64,000 nucleotides of DNA from Nitrosopumilus sp. (lineage in GTDB: Archaea > Thermoproteota > Nitrososphaeria > Nitrososphaerales > Nitrosopumilaceae): assembly GCA_963667665.2 (NCBI GenBank), contig OY763927.2:1056001-1120000 (forward strand), written 5' to 3'. How positions within the stretch are numbered: position 1 is the first letter of the stretch; the number at the start of each line of letters is the position of its first letter. Position numbers and translations under genes: made by a program. Under the pieces are notes generated by a model. It was given only the letters and a program-made list of their open reading frames with translations. It was not told the origin of the DNA and did not search any database. Shown in pieces: positions 1 to 10,613 of the stretch.

Positions 1-1
1 A

Positions 2-286
2 AGAAGAAACAGACGATTAGAAATTGAGCCAATTGAAGCACCTGACTTTCAAGAATATTTCATTTCACTTGAAAGTATAATTGGAAAATATGAAGACTTG
101 GTAATGAAAAAAATATCAGTAAAGGGATTTGGGTTACTTCAAGACATTATTTTAGATCTTGATGAAATAGATTCAATCAGATGTTTCTTTGCAATATTAT
201 TTTTGGCTAGAGACCAAAAAGTTGACCTTGAACAAATTGAAGAGGATATCAAAATTACAGTAATAAAAGAAGAATTAACAAACTGA
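2..286 (+). CDS. scpA: Segregation/condensation protein A, C-terminal part (runs off window start)
   Basis: Frame open from base 2; C-terminal FFAILFLARDQKVDLEQ winged-helix motif; directly upstream of scpB. Confidence 0.8.
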   Translation, partial: RRNRRLEIEPIEAPDFQEYFISLESIIGKYEDLVMKKISVKGFGLLQDIILDLDEIDSIRCFFAILFLARDQKVDLEQIEEDIKITVIKEELTN

Positions 287-338
287 TCAATAATGGAGAA
301 AAGATTTCTTTAACTAATTTTAGAGGATGAATAGATAA

Positions 339-917
339 TTGGCTAAAATTGATAATCTGGATGAGGCAACAGCAAGAATTGAGGCAGCACTTTACTCAGC
401 AGGTAGACCACTTAGAATAGAAGACTTAATCAGAGCCTCAGGCACAGAATCAAGAAAAAAGACACTAGAATTACTCAAAGAAATTATGAAAAAGACAAAG
501 TCAGCATTCAAAGCACTTGAAGTAGTCATACTTCCAGATGAATCATATGTATTTCAATTAAAGCCAGAATACAGCTCTACTGTTAAAAGATATGCTTCAA
601 AACCTGTTCTTCCAAATGCTGCACTAAAGACATTATCATACATTGCATATAGTCAACCAATATCATCAAAACAACTTGTAGAGACAAGAGGTTCCGGAGT
701 TTATGCACATCTAAAAGAACTACGACAATTAGATTACATCAGTCATCAAAATGTTGGGAGATTAAAAATTTACACAACATCAGAAAAGTTCCAAAAGTAT
801 TTTGGAATTCAAGGAGATGTAGAAGATCTAAAACAAAGACTATTCTCCAAAGTAAGGAAAATAGCAAGTATGACTCAAACAAATCCGGATCCTCAAATTG
901 TTACAGAACTAAACTAA
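339..917 (+). CDS. scpB: SMC-Scp complex subunit ScpB
   Basis: IEAALYSAGRPL, TLSYIAYSQPI, RG, YTTSEKFQKYFG motifs. Confidence 0.93.
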   Translation: MAKIDNLDEATARIEAALYSAGRPLRIEDLIRASGTESRKKTLELLKEIMKKTKSAFKALEVVILPDESYVFQLKPEYSSTVKRYASKPVLPNAALKTLSYIAYSQPISSKQLVETRGSGVYAHLKELRQLDYISHQNVGRLKIYTTSEKFQKYFGIQGDVEDLKQRLFSKVRKIASMTQTNPDPQIVTELN

Positions 918-983
918 TCAGATTTGAATTCAAGGCTAATTTTTTGCGTTTTGTATAAATTAGAGTAACTAAGACAAGGTTTT

Positions 984-1367
984 GTGAAAAAGTGCGTAGA
1001 GAATTTAGCAACCAGTAAAATAACTGGTGGAAGAAGACATCCACTTAGAACTAGACGAAAGTATGAAACTGACAGATACCCAAATGAACCAATTAATGGA
1101 GCTCAAGTAACAGTAACAAGACACACCCGTGGAAAAAATAGAAAGACAGCTTTGAAAGCTGTTGATTTTGTTAATTTATCTACAGGTGATGCTAAAGTCA
1201 AGAAAACAAAAATTATCAAAGTTTTAGATAATGCAACAAACAATGATTACAAAAGACGTGGCATTATTACAAAGGGTGCAATTTTAGAAATTCAAGAAGG
1301 TAAGTGTAGAATTGTTTCTAGACCTGGACAAAACGGAATAGCTAACGCAATTTTACTAAAGGAATAA
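984..1367 (+). CDS. rps8e: 30S ribosomal protein S8e
   Basis: TGGRR..RRKYE, IITKGAI, SRPGQNG motifs. Confidence 0.95.
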   Translation: MKKCVENLATSKITGGRRHPLRTRRKYETDRYPNEPINGAQVTVTRHTRGKNRKTALKAVDFVNLSTGDAKVKKTKIIKVLDNATNNDYKRRGIITKGAILEIQEGKCRIVSRPGQNGIANAILLKE

Positions 1368-1368
1368 A

Positions 1369-1668
1369 ATGAAAGATTACGAACATGTCGTAATCTGGTT
1401 GGATTATTTCAACAAGAATTTAAAAAAATCTAAAGGAAGAAGAATTGGATTAGAAAAATGTGTTTTTGATCCTTCATTAAAAGAGCTGATTGATGCAACA
1501 AAAGATGCTGGATTTGAAATTACAGAATCAAATGACAAAGTACGATTTCCTAAAAGACCATTTGTTAGGTCAGGATATGTCGTTTTACCAAAAGGATCCA
1601 CAAAGACAATAATTCTTAACAAAATTTCTGAAAAACTGATTACAAAAAGGTCAAAGCAATCAAAATAA
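1369..1668 (+). CDS. srp19: Signal recognition particle subunit SRP19
   Basis: VIWLDYFN..SKGRRI..PSLKEL motif. Confidence 0.9.
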   Translation: MKDYEHVVIWLDYFNKNLKKSKGRRIGLEKCVFDPSLKELIDATKDAGFEITESNDKVRFPKRPFVRSGYVVLPKGSTKTIILNKISEKLITKRSKQSK

Positions 1669-1741
1669 AATCAATTCTAGCTCTTAGCTAAAGTAAAGTT
1701 GACAGAAGTATATGAAAACAATATCATGTTAGTGTTTTTAA

Positions 1742-2011
1742 TTGCAGGAGGTAGGCGAAATAATGCACCTAGCCGGAAGTGGCAGGGTAATCATTCAACT
1801 ATCAAACAAACTAGTTGAAGGACAAATACTCTGTGACGAAAAAGGAACTAGAGTTGCAAAAGTAATGGAATTGATTGGTCCAGTAAGTAGACCATTTGCA
1901 TCTGCAACTCCGTTGACAAATAATATCAAAAAATACATTGGCAAAAGTGTTTTCGCATCTGAACAAGCTCCTGCAAGTACACCAAAAAAATTTAGGAGAA
2001 GAAGAAAATGA
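1742..2011 (+). CDS. gar1: H/ACA RNP component Gar1/Naf1
   Basis: KVMELIGPVSRPFA motif; usual gar1-tfb linkage. Confidence 0.85.
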   Translation: MQEVGEIMHLAGSGRVIIQLSNKLVEGQILCDEKGTRVAKVMELIGPVSRPFASATPLTNNIKKYIGKSVFASEQAPASTPKKFRRRRK

Positions 2012-2958
2012 ATATATTAAAAACCCAAAACTGTCCTGAATGTAAATCTACATTAGTAGATGACATGCAGAATGGCGAAATAATCTGCTCTGGTTGTGGC
2101 GTAGTAGTCGCTGATCAGATTGCAGACAGTGGTCCAGAAACAATTAGTTCGAATCTCGAAGACAAGATGAGGTTAGCAAGAGCAACCGGACAAACAACTT
2201 ATTCTCAACATGACTTGGGAATAACAACTGAGATTTCAATTAGTGCAAAGGACTTTAGTGGTAAAACAATTAACCACGAAGTTGCAAATCAAATGCACAA
2301 TCTCAGAAAATGGCAACAAAGAATACGAGTTTCCTCACCAAGAGAAAGAAGACTTGCAAATGTTTTAGCAAAAATGGGCGAAACATGTGATGGTCTTAGT
2401 CTTTCAAAGAATGTGTTGGAAACTGCTTCTATGATATACAGAAACTTGGATGGACACGTAGATGTGAAGGGAAAATCAGTAGTTAGTATTACAGCTGCTA
2501 CAATCTACATGGCATGCAAACAATGTGAAGTGGTAAGATCACTAGAAGAAATTTGTCGAGGAATTTGTCCGGCGAAAGATGTTAAATCAAAAACAAAACT
2601 TGCAGCAAGATACTATAGAACCATGGTAATGGAAATGGGACAATTTGTTGCCCCAGTTGTAACCATGGACAAATACATCTCAAAGATAGCAAACATGACA
2701 CAAACTGAGGTTAGAGTTGAAAGACTAGCCTTGGAAATTGCAGAAAAAACCAAAGATAGTAGCATTTCAGATGGAAAGGCACCAAATGGAATTGCAGCAG
2801 CATATCTGTATGTGGCATCAGTCCTACTTGGGCAAAACGTACTTCAAAGAGACATTTCAAGTGTTGCAGGAGTCACAGAAGTTACTATCAGAAATAGATG
2901 TAAAGAGATTCTAACATGTTACAAACTCAAAATTACTTTGAGACCAACTCTGGCATAA
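2008..2958 (+). CDS. tfb: Transcription initiation factor IIB
   Basis: CPEC..CSGCG zinc ribbon, LRKWQ, two cyclin folds, GVTEVTIRNR. Confidence 0.95.
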   Translation: MNILKTQNCPECKSTLVDDMQNGEIICSGCGVVVADQIADSGPETISSNLEDKMRLARATGQTTYSQHDLGITTEISISAKDFSGKTINHEVANQMHNLRKWQQRIRVSSPRERRLANVLAKMGETCDGLSLSKNVLETASMIYRNLDGHVDVKGKSVVSITAATIYMACKQCEVVRSLEEICRGICPAKDVKSKTKLAARYYRTMVMEMGQFVAPVVTMDKYISKIANMTQTEVRVERLALEIAEKTKDSSISDGKAPNGIAAAYLYVASVLLGQNVLQRDISSVAGVTEVTIRNRCKEILTCYKLKITLRPTLA

Positions 2959-3003
2959 CACTACACCCTCCCCCCTTTTCATTTTATTATCAAAAATATA
3001 TCA

Positions 3004-3019
3004 TTAGGATTAGCTAAAT
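3004..3019. promoter_or_regulatory. Palindromic TTAG-N6-CTAA operator upstream of sufC
   Basis: ttaggattagctaaat ~10 bp upstream of a TTATATA box; same motif twice at the sufB promoter. Confidence 0.55.
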
Positions 3020-3058
3020 TTCGTCTGCATTATATAGCGATATAAAATACAGCGCAAC

Positions 3059-3829
3059 ATGGCAGTATTAGAAATCAAAGACCTTCATGTATCAAGAGAA
3101 GGTAAAGAGATTCTCAAAGGAGTTAATCTAAAGACAGGTCCTGGAGAAGTACATGCCATTATGGGACCAAATGGTTCAGGAAAAAGTACACTAGCATACA
3201 CACTACTTGGACATCCAAAATACCAAGTTACTAAAGGAGACATTTTGATTGATGGTGAAAGCATTTTAAAATTAAAGGCAGATGAAAGAGCAAAGAAAGG
3301 ATTATTCTTAGGATTTCAATACCCAACAGAAGTTTCAGGTGTAGGATTTTCTCACTTTCTTAGAACAGCTTACAACTCTTTAAGCAAAGCACTTGAGGGA
3401 GACAACAGAGAAGTATTCATTACAGTAAGAGAATTTCAAAAATATCTAAAAGAAAATTTAGCCAAAGTAGGATTAAAAGAAGAATTTCTATCAAGATATC
3501 TTAACGAAGGATTTTCTGGAGGAGAAAAGAAACGTGCAGAAGTTTTACAAATGGCAGTGTTAAAACCAAAAATTGCAATTTTAGATGAACCAGATTCAGG
3601 ATTAGATATTGATGCAGTTCAATCAGTGGCAAAAGCAATCAGTCAAGTATCTGGAAAAGAGGCAACAACAATCATAATTACTCACTATGCCAGAATTCTA
3701 AAATTCCTAGACAAACTAGATTATGTACATGTATTTGCAGAAGGAAAAGTCATGAAAACAGGTGATGCATCACTTGCAGATAAACTGGAAGCAGAAGGTT
3801 ACGAATGGGTCATTAAACAAACAGCCTAA
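3059..3829 (+). CDS. sufC: Fe-S cluster assembly ATPase SufC
   Basis: GPNGSGKSTL, FQYP, GFSGGEKKR, LDEPDSGLDID. Confidence 0.95.
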   Translation: MAVLEIKDLHVSREGKEILKGVNLKTGPGEVHAIMGPNGSGKSTLAYTLLGHPKYQVTKGDILIDGESILKLKADERAKKGLFLGFQYPTEVSGVGFSHFLRTAYNSLSKALEGDNREVFITVREFQKYLKENLAKVGLKEEFLSRYLNEGFSGGEKKRAEVLQMAVLKPKIAILDEPDSGLDIDAVQSVAKAISQVSGKEATTIIITHYARILKFLDKLDYVHVFAEGKVMKTGDASLADKLEAEGYEWVIKQTA

Positions 3830-3863
3830 TCAAATTTAAACAGAAAATTTTTTCAAAAAACCA

Positions 3864-4076
3864 TTGATTTACAAAGTTAAAGTAGAATTTTCTAAAGAAT
3901 TTCTAGAAATTAAAGACAACCAAATTAACATTGGAGTAAAATCAAAACCAGTCAAAGGAGAAGCTAGCAAAGAAATCATCAAAAAACTAGCAAAACATTT
4001 TGGAGTATCCACTACACTTGTTCATATAAAATCAGGCCACAAATCTCATCAAAAAATTATCGAGATTCTACAATAG
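3864..4076 (+). CDS. DUF167/YggU family protein
   Basis: KPVKGEA..EIIKKLAKHFGV..V.IKSGHKS..K motif. Confidence 0.8.
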   Translation: MIYKVKVEFSKEFLEIKDNQINIGVKSKPVKGEASKEIIKKLAKHFGVSTTLVHIKSGHKSHQKIIEILQ

Positions 4077-4122
4077 AAAATTTAGTTTTTTGTTTAAATA
4101 GGGTTTCAAAATTGGAGAAACC

Positions 4123-4797
4123 ATGTCAGAAGACAATGATCAATATTATTTCAATTACTCATTTTTCAAAGTTGATCCTAAATGGAGATGGATGGCAGAC
4201 TTGGCAAAAGAAGAATCTGCAAAAGAAGTTGAAAATATAATTAAAAACTCAGGAATAATGTATAGAACTTATTCAAATCTAGGATTAAGAGATGATACAG
4301 ACTTTTTGTTTTGGTTTGCAGCAAAGACAGTTGAAGAAATTCAAGTAGTTATTGAGAAATTATACAAAACAGTATTTGGAAAATACATTATACCATCTAT
4401 AACATACTTGTCATGTACACGACCATCAGTTTATGCGAAAGAGTCAATGGCTCAGGGATTTGTGACAGGAGACGAACCAAAAAAATACGTGATAGTATAT
4501 CCATTTACAAAAACAAGAGAGTGGTATCTATTACCAAAAGAAAAACGCCAAGAGATAATGGATGAACACATTGGAGTAAGCAAAAAATACCCACAAATTG
4601 TTCTAAACACCACATATTCATTTGGAATTCATGATGAAGATTTTCTTTTAGCATTTGAGGTAGATGATATTAGAGATTTCCAAGATCTTATCATGGATTT
4701 GAGAGAAACTCAAGTATCTACATATGTGAAAAATGATATTCCAATGATTGTATGCATCAAAAAGGACATCATTCCTCTAATTACAAGCATGGGCTAG
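4123..4797 (+). CDS. Chlorite dismutase-fold heme protein, coproheme decarboxylase (ChdC/HemQ)-like
   Basis: YPFTK..EWYLL..R..MDEH, YSFG.DEDF..AFE, LRET motifs. Confidence 0.8.
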   Translation: MSEDNDQYYFNYSFFKVDPKWRWMADLAKEESAKEVENIIKNSGIMYRTYSNLGLRDDTDFLFWFAAKTVEEIQVVIEKLYKTVFGKYIIPSITYLSCTRPSVYAKESMAQGFVTGDEPKKYVIVYPFTKTREWYLLPKEKRQEIMDEHIGVSKKYPQIVLNTTYSFGIHDEDFLLAFEVDDIRDFQDLIMDLRETQVSTYVKNDIPMIVCIKKDIIPLITSMG

Positions 4798-4916
4798 ATA
4801 GATTTCAAAAAAAATCCAAGACTAATCAAAATATTTCTCATATAAAACTCAAAAATCAATGATGTAAATCTTGGATAAACATAAATGATGAAATCAGAAT
4901 AAATGGAGACATAGAA

Positions 4917-5915
4917 TTGAATTACAATAAACTAGGAAAGACAGACATCAAAGTATCAGAATTAGGATTTGGTGCATGGGCAATTGCTCTTGATTGGTGG
5001 GGCAAAAAGATTGAAGAAGATGAAGCAAAAAGAATGCTCAAAAAAGCATATGATTTAGGAATCAATCTCTTTGAAACAGGAGACATGTACGGTAAAGGAA
5101 AAAGCGAGAGACTAATTGGCGAGGTTTTCAAAGATATGAGAGATGAAATCGTTATTTCTACAAAATATGGTTATGATTTTGAAGGAGTAGAACAAATTGG
5201 ACACACTGAGCTTCCACAGAAATTTGATGAAGATTTTACAAGAAAGGCATTAAGAAATAGTTTAGAGAGATTGCAAACAGATCATCTTGACATGTATGGT
5301 TTGCATAATCCAAAACTATCTCACATAAGAGATGATTCAATTTTTAATGTACTTGATAGTTTTGTTAAAGACGAAACCATCAAAACATACCAAGTTGCAT
5401 TAGGTCCAGCAATTGGTTGGACACAAGAAGGCCTAGAAGCAATGGATAGACCAAATCTTAGTGCGGTTCAAACAGTTTACAATATCTTAGAACAAACACC
5501 TGGTAATGAATTGATGAAAAAAGCTGAGGAAAAAAATGTTGGAATTTTAGTTAGAGTTCCTGAAGCATCAGGAATACTTACAGGAAAAGTAAATGCAGAC
5601 ACCAAAATTGATGAAAAGGATCACAGATCAGTAAGAAAAGGAGAATGGATTAAGGCATCATTAGAAAAAGTCGAACAGATAAGATCAATTGCAGAAAGAA
5701 ATGAATTAACAATTACAGAGTTAGCAATGAAATTCATAATGACAAAGAAAGGATTTGCATCAGTATTTCCTACTATGGTCAGTGAAGAAGAAATTATCAA
5801 TTATGTAGAAATGACAAAAGGTGGATACATTTCAACATCAGATATGAAAGAGATTGATGAATTATACAATACATGGCCTTCCTATGAATTAAAAGCAACA
5901 TCTCAAGCAAATTAA
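4917..5915 (+). CDS. Aldo/keto reductase
   Basis: LGKTDIKVSELGFGAW, ETGDMYG, SLERLQTDHLD. Confidence 0.9.
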   Translation: MNYNKLGKTDIKVSELGFGAWAIALDWWGKKIEEDEAKRMLKKAYDLGINLFETGDMYGKGKSERLIGEVFKDMRDEIVISTKYGYDFEGVEQIGHTELPQKFDEDFTRKALRNSLERLQTDHLDMYGLHNPKLSHIRDDSIFNVLDSFVKDETIKTYQVALGPAIGWTQEGLEAMDRPNLSAVQTVYNILEQTPGNELMKKAEEKNVGILVRVPEASGILTGKVNADTKIDEKDHRSVRKGEWIKASLEKVEQIRSIAERNELTITELAMKFIMTKKGFASVFPTMVSEEEIINYVEMTKGGYISTSDMKEIDELYNTWPSYELKATSQAN

Positions 5916-5922
5916 TCATTAA

Positions 5923-6261
5923 ATGGTTATTCCAATCGATTCACAAAAGACATTAGAAATTATAGAGGGAATGAAGCTTGCAAAGATTGGCAAGTATGAT
6001 AAGTGGGAAAAAATTATTAAAAAAATTAAAACCGAGAAACCACTAACCCCAGTGGAACTTGAATATTATACTAGTCTAACAAGAATTTACAAGAATTCAA
6101 GCGTGACTAGTAGAAGTAAGATATACCATACAAAACTATCAAAGCAAGATGAAAAACCACCATGCAAAGTATGTGGTGATGATTCTCTATACTATTGCAA
6201 CATGAATGATCAGTATTTTTGTACAATACATGTAGTTGGACATGATGAGAATGAATTCTAA
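5923..6261 (+). CDS. Hypothetical protein with C-terminal Cys/His (B-box-like) zinc site
   Basis: CKVC-x7-C-x7-CTIH. Confidence 0.6.
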   Translation: MVIPIDSQKTLEIIEGMKLAKIGKYDKWEKIIKKIKTEKPLTPVELEYYTSLTRIYKNSSVTSRSKIYHTKLSKQDEKPPCKVCGDDSLYYCNMNDQYFCTIHVVGHDENEF

Positions 6262-7274
6262 GAAACAGGTATAGTTTCTTCGAATGAAAAAGATTTTTCT
6301 ACGAAATATTCAACTCTAACTTTTTTGAATTCACGAGAACTAAAAAGAATCTGGTATTCAGGAACATTGATTTGATCTTGTATCGTCTTTGCCATCTCAT
6401 GTGCCTCATCATGAGTTTTGCAATGAATCATTGAAAAGACATTGTATGGCCAGTCAGGATATGTAGGTCTCTCATAGCAATGACTCACCTGAGGAAATGC
6501 ACCTAGCTTTTCACCAACTTCAGATATTTTATCTTCAGGAACTTTCCAAACTATCATTCCATTTGCAGTAAATCCAACTTGTCTATGTCTTAAGATTGCT
6601 GCAAATCTTCTCATTATTCCATTGTCTTCATAATATTTCATTTTTTCAAACAATTCATTTTCAGTAATTCCTAGATTCTTTGCTGCTTTTAGAAATGGTT
6701 CATCAATAATTTCCATGTCTTTTTGTAATTCACGAATAAAGTTTTTGTCGTCTTCAGTTGGTTCAAATTTTATATTTTTAATTTCTTTTTTTGTCTCAGT
6801 TGGGGCAATCTCATGTTTCTTTTCATCTATCATGTCTAATTTTACACCAATCTTGAATAATTGTAAAGTAGGAAGCATTCTTACCTTTTTGATTCCCTTT
6901 AGAACGTTAAACTTGTCAACTTCTGTTTTCAAATCTGCACCAGGTGGAACAGCCAATGTAAACCAAAGATTAAACTGATGTTCACGTTCATAATTATGGC
7001 TAACACCAGGATGACGGTTAATTTGACTTGCAACATTTTCTAGTTGATCATGTTCAATCTCCATTGCAACTAGAGAACTTGTGTAACCAAGCTTTCGAGT
7101 ATCAAAAATTGCACTTAGTTGTCTTAGAACGCCAACTTTCTTTAGATCATTCAGACGTTCTTTGATAATTTCTGGAGTAGTGTCGAATTTTTTAGCAATA
7201 GCATCAAAAGGTCTTGTTACAAGTGGAAATGTCCATTGAATCTCATTTAGAATTTCTTTATCTAATTCATCCAT
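6258..7274 (-). CDS. Fused siroheme decarboxylase AhbA-AhbB (NirDL-like, Lrp/AsnC fold)
   Basis: Two Lrp-like halves with VSHNYER and VSHCYER, NLWFTL, YNVFSMIH; divergent from sirC-hemA-hemB. Confidence 0.85.
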   Translation of the reverse strand: MDELDKEILNEIQWTFPLVTRPFDAIAKKFDTTPEIIKERLNDLKKVGVLRQLSAIFDTRKLGYTSSLVAMEIEHDQLENVASQINRHPGVSHNYEREHQFNLWFTLAVPPGADLKTEVDKFNVLKGIKKVRMLPTLQLFKIGVKLDMIDEKKHEIAPTETKKEIKNIKFEPTEDDKNFIRELQKDMEIIDEPFLKAAKNLGITENELFEKMKYYEDNGIMRRFAAILRHRQVGFTANGMIVWKVPEDKISEVGEKLGAFPQVSHCYERPTYPDWPYNVFSMIHCKTHDEAHEMAKTIQDQINVPEYQILFSSREFKKVRVEYFVEKSFSFEETIPVS

Positions 7275-7377
7275 AGATGCCAATATGTCAGTCACTTGTA
7301 TATTCAATTAAAAATGTAGCTGGTATTTTACGCGTTGATTTTTAATACATAAATAGAAACCCTAGTCCTTTTGATCG

Positions 7378-8031
7378 ATGATAGTTGATCTAAATCTTCA
7401 GGGTAAAACAATAATTGTCATAGGTGGTGGAAATGAGGCACAAAAGAGAATCAATTCATTGCTAAAACAAGATTGTGAAATTTTGGTAATTAGTGATTCT
7501 GTTAACTCACATATTAACAAATTAGTAAAAGCAAAAAAAATCAAATTAAACAAACAAAAAATTCATGACACAAAATTTATTTCAAAATTTAAACCAAACA
7601 TCATCATAACAACTACCAATGACAAAAATCTAAATCAAAAAATTATCAATAGTGCAAAAAGAAGTAAGATTATTGTGTATAGTTCTGATAATCCAGAAGA
7701 CAGTGACTTTTCAAATCCTGCAATAATTGATTTTGAAAATATGATACAAATTGCAATTTTTACAGGTGGTCGTAGTCCAGCGATGTCAAAGAAGATTAGA
7801 ATTCAATCAGAGAAAATATTCAAAAAGATAATCACAAAAGAAGATATTTCTCAAATTAAGATTCAAAAGATCGCAAGAAAACTAGCAAAAGAAAGTATAC
7901 ACACTCAAACTCAGAGAAAAAAATATCTTCATAGCATTATGGTTGATAAGAAGATTGAACAGTTAATAAAAGATGGACAGTTAAAAAGAGCTGAAAGGCA
8001 AGCCGTTACAATGTTGAGGAATTGGAAATGA
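7378..8031 (+). CDS. sirC: Precorrin-2 dehydrogenase/sirohydrochlorin ferrochelatase (SirC/Met8 family)
   Basis: VIGGGNEA Rossmann motif, DFSNPA, IAIFTGGRSP. Confidence 0.85.
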   Translation: MIVDLNLQGKTIIVIGGGNEAQKRINSLLKQDCEILVISDSVNSHINKLVKAKKIKLNKQKIHDTKFISKFKPNIIITTTNDKNLNQKIINSAKRSKIIVYSSDNPEDSDFSNPAIIDFENMIQIAIFTGGRSPAMSKKIRIQSEKIFKKIITKEDISQIKIQKIARKLAKESIHTQTQRKKYLHSIMVDKKIEQLIKDGQLKRAERQAVTMLRNWK

Positions 8032-9293
8032 ATCAAAATATCATAAATGCACGTGTAACTTTTCGTAATTCACCAATTCACATTCTTGAAAAATTTACAA
8101 TAAAAAATATCGATGATGCATATGAGCAATTCAAAAAGCATTCAGGAATGGATGAATGTGTAATTATTCAAACATGTAACAGAATTGAATTATTTGGTAA
8201 ATCAAAAACTTATGATCTAGATAAAATCAAGAAAACATGGGCATCACTTACGGGACTTGGAGAAGATGTATTTGATGAAAATATGGAGTTCGTTGAAAAT
8301 CAAGAGGCAATACATCATCTGTTGAAATTAACATCAGGGTTGGACTCCATGGTATTAGGGGAAGAACAAATTCTGGGTCAGATAAAAAAATCCATTACTT
8401 CAGCTAGAAAGATAAAAGCATCAGGACAACATCTTAACACTTTATTTGATAAAGCAATTAGAGTTGGAACTAGAATTAGAAACTCTAGTGGAATTGGTCG
8501 TGGTGGAATTTCAGTTGGTTCCATGGCAGTAAAACTTGCAGAAGAAAACATTGATGAACTAAAGACAAAGAAAATTTTATTGATTGGGACTGGTGAAGTA
8601 TCGACTCTTGTTGCAAAATCATTACAAAGAAGAGGATATGCATTTGATGTTACAAGCAGAACCATTGGAAGATCACAGGCATTTTGTGAGACAATGGGAG
8701 GAGTACCAATCAAATTTGAAGAAGTTCTTTCAGGATTTGAAAATTATAATGTATTATTTGTTGCAACAACTGCACCATATTTTCTTGTAACTCATGAAAG
8801 AATCACAAATGCCATGAAAGATAAGAAAAATGGATTGATGATTCTAGATTTATCAAATCCAAGAACAGTAGATGAGAAAGTTGCAACAATTGGAGGAGTG
8901 AAATTGATGAATCTTGATCAGATTGCAGAGATGGTTGAAAAGAACATGAATTCACGATTAAACAAGGTAAAAACCATTGAAAATATAATTAACGAAGAAG
9001 TAATTGTATTAGAAGCCTCAATGAAAAGACTAGAAGCAGAACCACTTGTAAAAGAAGTATTCAAGAACATAGAGCATCTCAGAGAAAAAGAATTACAAAA
9101 AGCACTTCATATGCTTGGTGAAAAAGATGAGGAAAAGATCAAGATTATTGATGATCTAACAAAAGCAGTTGTTGAAAGTATTGTGTCTACTCCAATGAAC
9201 AACATCAGAAAAGCATCAGAGCAAGGCAAGCCTGATGTTGTAGAATTAGCAAGCAAACTGTTTGACTATAAAAAACAGAACCAGGTAGACTAA
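8028..9293 (+). CDS. hemA: Glutamyl-tRNA reductase
   Basis: TCNRIE, SGLDSMVLGEEQILGQ, DLSNPR; ATGA overlap with sirC. Confidence 0.95.
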   Translation: MNQNIINARVTFRNSPIHILEKFTIKNIDDAYEQFKKHSGMDECVIIQTCNRIELFGKSKTYDLDKIKKTWASLTGLGEDVFDENMEFVENQEAIHHLLKLTSGLDSMVLGEEQILGQIKKSITSARKIKASGQHLNTLFDKAIRVGTRIRNSSGIGRGGISVGSMAVKLAEENIDELKTKKILLIGTGEVSTLVAKSLQRRGYAFDVTSRTIGRSQAFCETMGGVPIKFEEVLSGFENYNVLFVATTAPYFLVTHERITNAMKDKKNGLMILDLSNPRTVDEKVATIGGVKLMNLDQIAEMVEKNMNSRLNKVKTIENIINEEVIVLEASMKRLEAEPLVKEVFKNIEHLREKELQKALHMLGEKDEEKIKIIDDLTKAVVESIVSTPMNNIRKASEQGKPDVVELASKLFDYKKQNQVD

Positions 9294-9324
9294 GATTATA
9301 TTTTACCCAAAGAGAATTTCTGAT

Positions 9325-10305
9325 ATGTCATTTCCATCTAGACGTCTTCGCAGATTAAGAACATCAGAGAAAATGAGAGAATTAGTTCAGCAAACTACAC
9401 TTTCTTCAAAGGATTTCATTTGTCCAGTATTTGTTCAAGAAGATCTAAAGACCAGAATCAAGATAGAATCAATGTCAGAAATGGAGCGACTTCCATTAGA
9501 TGACATTAATGATGAAGTAGGAACCATAAGTGATTTAGGAATCCCTGCAATCATGCTTTTTGGAATTCCAACTAAAAAAGATGAAGCAGGATCTTCAGCT
9601 TTTGATGATAATGGAATTGTTCAAAAAGCAATTACTCAGATCAGAGAAAATTTTGGAGATAAAATTGTAATAATGGCAGATGTTTGTCTCTGTCAGTTTA
9701 CATCTATGGGACATTGTGGAATTGTTCAAGGAGATAAGATAGATAATGATACTAGTCTTGATACACTTGCAAAGATTGCCGTTAGTCAAGCAAAGGCAGG
9801 AGTTGATACTGTATCACCATCTGCAATGATGGATGGTCAAGTTGCTGCAATAAGAAAAGCACTTGATGATAAAGGATTTACTGATGTTTCAATAATGTCA
9901 CATTCAGCTAAACATCGTTCAAACTTTTATGCTCCATTTAGAGACGCTGCAGAATGTGCACCAAAGTTTGGAGATAGGAAAACATACCAAGTTCCATACA
10001 CAAACGCAAGAGAAGCAATGCTAGAAGTTGAATCAGACATTAATGAAGGAGTAGACATTGTAATGATAAAGCCTGCATTATCTTACTTGGATTTAATAGC
10101 AGAGACAAGAAGAAGATTTAACATTCCTGTTGCAGCATACAGTGTTTCTGGAGAATATGCATTAGTAAAAGCTGCATCACAGTTAGGTTACGTAAATGAA
10201 AAAGACATTACAGAAGAGATTCTATATTCCATTAAAAGAGCAGGAGCTGACATGATAGTCACATATTTTGCAAAATCAGCTTCAAAGTTTCTTCAAGAAT
10301 TATGA
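9325..10305 (+). CDS. hemB: Porphobilinogen synthase
   Basis: DVCLCQFT..GHCG, SPSAMMDG, FYAPFRDA, MIKPAL. Confidence 0.96.
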   Translation: MSFPSRRLRRLRTSEKMRELVQQTTLSSKDFICPVFVQEDLKTRIKIESMSEMERLPLDDINDEVGTISDLGIPAIMLFGIPTKKDEAGSSAFDDNGIVQKAITQIRENFGDKIVIMADVCLCQFTSMGHCGIVQGDKIDNDTSLDTLAKIAVSQAKAGVDTVSPSAMMDGQVAAIRKALDDKGFTDVSIMSHSAKHRSNFYAPFRDAAECAPKFGDRKTYQVPYTNAREAMLEVESDINEGVDIVMIKPALSYLDLIAETRRRFNIPVAAYSVSGEYALVKAASQLGYVNEKDITEEILYSIKRAGADMIVTYFAKSASKFLQEL

Positions 10306-10613
10306 GAGACGACGAACGATACGAGATTCAAAGAGCATTTGATCAATTACCACATGTTGTAGGCTCAGCTTGGGCAGTAATTTGGTTTAGAATGAAAGGA
10401 ATCAAAAAACCAACAAGAGAAGAATATAGAGAGAAAGTTTTAGAATATTTTAAGATGGTAGAGCCAGTCTTTGAGTCTTATCCAAAAGATGAGGAATTTT
10501 CAGCAATTTGTAAGTACATTGAATTGAGAAAAATAGATGCATACAAGAAAATAATCTCAGGAGAAAATGAAGAAACTGAAAGACGGTATGACAGATATGT
10601 TGATTATGGTTAA
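10302..10613 (+). CDS. Hypothetical protein
   Basis: 103-aa ORF coupled to hemB by ATGA overlap. Confidence 0.7.
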   Translation: MRDDERYEIQRAFDQLPHVVGSAWAVIWFRMKGIKKPTREEYREKVLEYFKMVEPVFESYPKDEEFSAICKYIELRKIDAYKKIISGENEETERRYDRYVDYG

